Assembly: GCF_963921235.1 (NCBI RefSeq) | Contig: NC_086097.1 | Coordinates: 228,410,001-228,474,000 of the forward strand | Source: Mobula hypostoma | Lineage: Eukaryota | Direction: 5' to 3' | Length of the DNA stretch: 64,000 nucleotides | Part shown: positions 63,116-64,000 of the stretch, piece by piece | Layout of the letters: the number at the start of each line of letters is the position of its first letter | How positions within the stretch are numbered: position 1 is the stretch's first letter | The notes under the pieces: model-generated | The model's database searches: none | Seen by the model: the letters and a program-made list of their open reading frames with translations, nothing else | What the model was told of the DNA's origin: nothing | Program-made: the position numbers and the translations under genes

Positions 63116-63452
63116 TTATCAGTTTTAAGTGCTTTTGATGCCATTCATTATAATACTGTGGAGGTTTGGTTACCATATGGAGAGATTTTTGTATATTCTC
63201 CAACCTGCAGACAAAATAGACGTAAAGATATCTGTAAAAATGGAACCTGTTCGTTACACAAGGAAATTCTGTGTCTTTAGGCACAAAACATGGGTTCATA
63301 TTGAAAATCTATTCACAGCAGAGCTGGGTGGAGGGCATGCTTTTGAATAATGTAACAGTTTCACCAGTGTTTAGCCTACAGATAGAGTTTATAATCTTAG
63401 TGCATAAGTAAGGTTTAAGGATGCTGTCTATAACCTCTCTGCCTTGTGGACA

Positions 63453-64000
63453 TACATTCAGAGGCTGCTTTATTAGGTACCTCCTTGGCCACTGAGTGTA
63501 TGTTCATGGTCTGCTGCTGAAGTCCATCCACTTCAAGTCCCAACCTGTTGTGCATTCAGAGATGCTCTTCTGCACACCACACGGTAACGCGTAGTTATTT
63601 GAGTTACTGACCCCTTCCTGTCAGCTTCAGACAGTCTGCTCATTCTCCTCCGACCTCTCCAATTAACAAGGCGTTTTCACCTGCAGCACTGCCGCTCACT
63701 GGAGTTTTTGTTTTAGCACCATTCTCTGTAAACTTTAAAGACTGCTGTGTGTGGAAATCCCAAGAGATCAGCAGTTTCTGAGATACTCAAACCACCCCCT
63801 CTGGCACCACATTTATTCAACAGTCAAAGTCTTTTATATCACATTTCTTTCCCATTCTGATGTTTGAGCTGAACCAGAACTGAAGCTTTTGATTATATCT
63901 GCATGCTTTTATGCACTATGTTGTTGCTAAATAAATGGATGATTAGATATTTGCATTAATGAACAGGTGTACAGATGTACCTAATAAAGTGGCCATTGAA
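63453..64000 (-). mobile_element. Non-autonomous Tc1 derivative, same family as 24688-25005
   Basis: TIRs ctttattaggtac...gtacctaataaagtggcca; minus-strand transposase N-terminus GARGGGLSISETADLLGF. Confidence 0.85.

Noticed and set aside
1..64000. CRISPR arrays, retrons, operons or other prokaryotic systems
   Set aside because: No regularly spaced repeats or operon-like gene density; every RT here is a eukaryotic non-LTR or Penelope type.

Overview
Eukaryotic, repeat-saturated vertebrate DNA. The mix of CR1 LINEs, V-SINEs, Rex1/Babar and Penelope-like elements suggests a cartilaginous fish, probably a ray; this is inference. Roughly three quarters of the window is transposon-derived. It holds many CR1 copies, including one full-length copy with intact ORF1 and one with a near-intact ORF2. 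It also holds Rex1/Babar LINEs, an L1 fragment, Penelope-like elements, tRNA-derived SINEs, a complete IR/DR Tc1 transposon, hAT and Tc1 MITEs and probable solo LTRs, often deeply nested. The Penelope terminal repeats carry a minimal type I hammerhead ribozyme motif, which also occurs in short, independently inserted units of about 130-450 bp, some of them fold-back. The non-repetitive remainder contains candidate exons of two unidentified minus-strand host genes. One runs from about 62.1 kb to 34.2 kb, has a signal peptide, and ends in a helix resembling IL-7/TSLP helix D. The other starts at a CpG-rich promoter near 15 kb. No prokaryotic genes, CRISPR arrays, rRNA or bona fide tRNA genes were seen. 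Element boundaries without a stated target-site duplication (TSD) are approximate.
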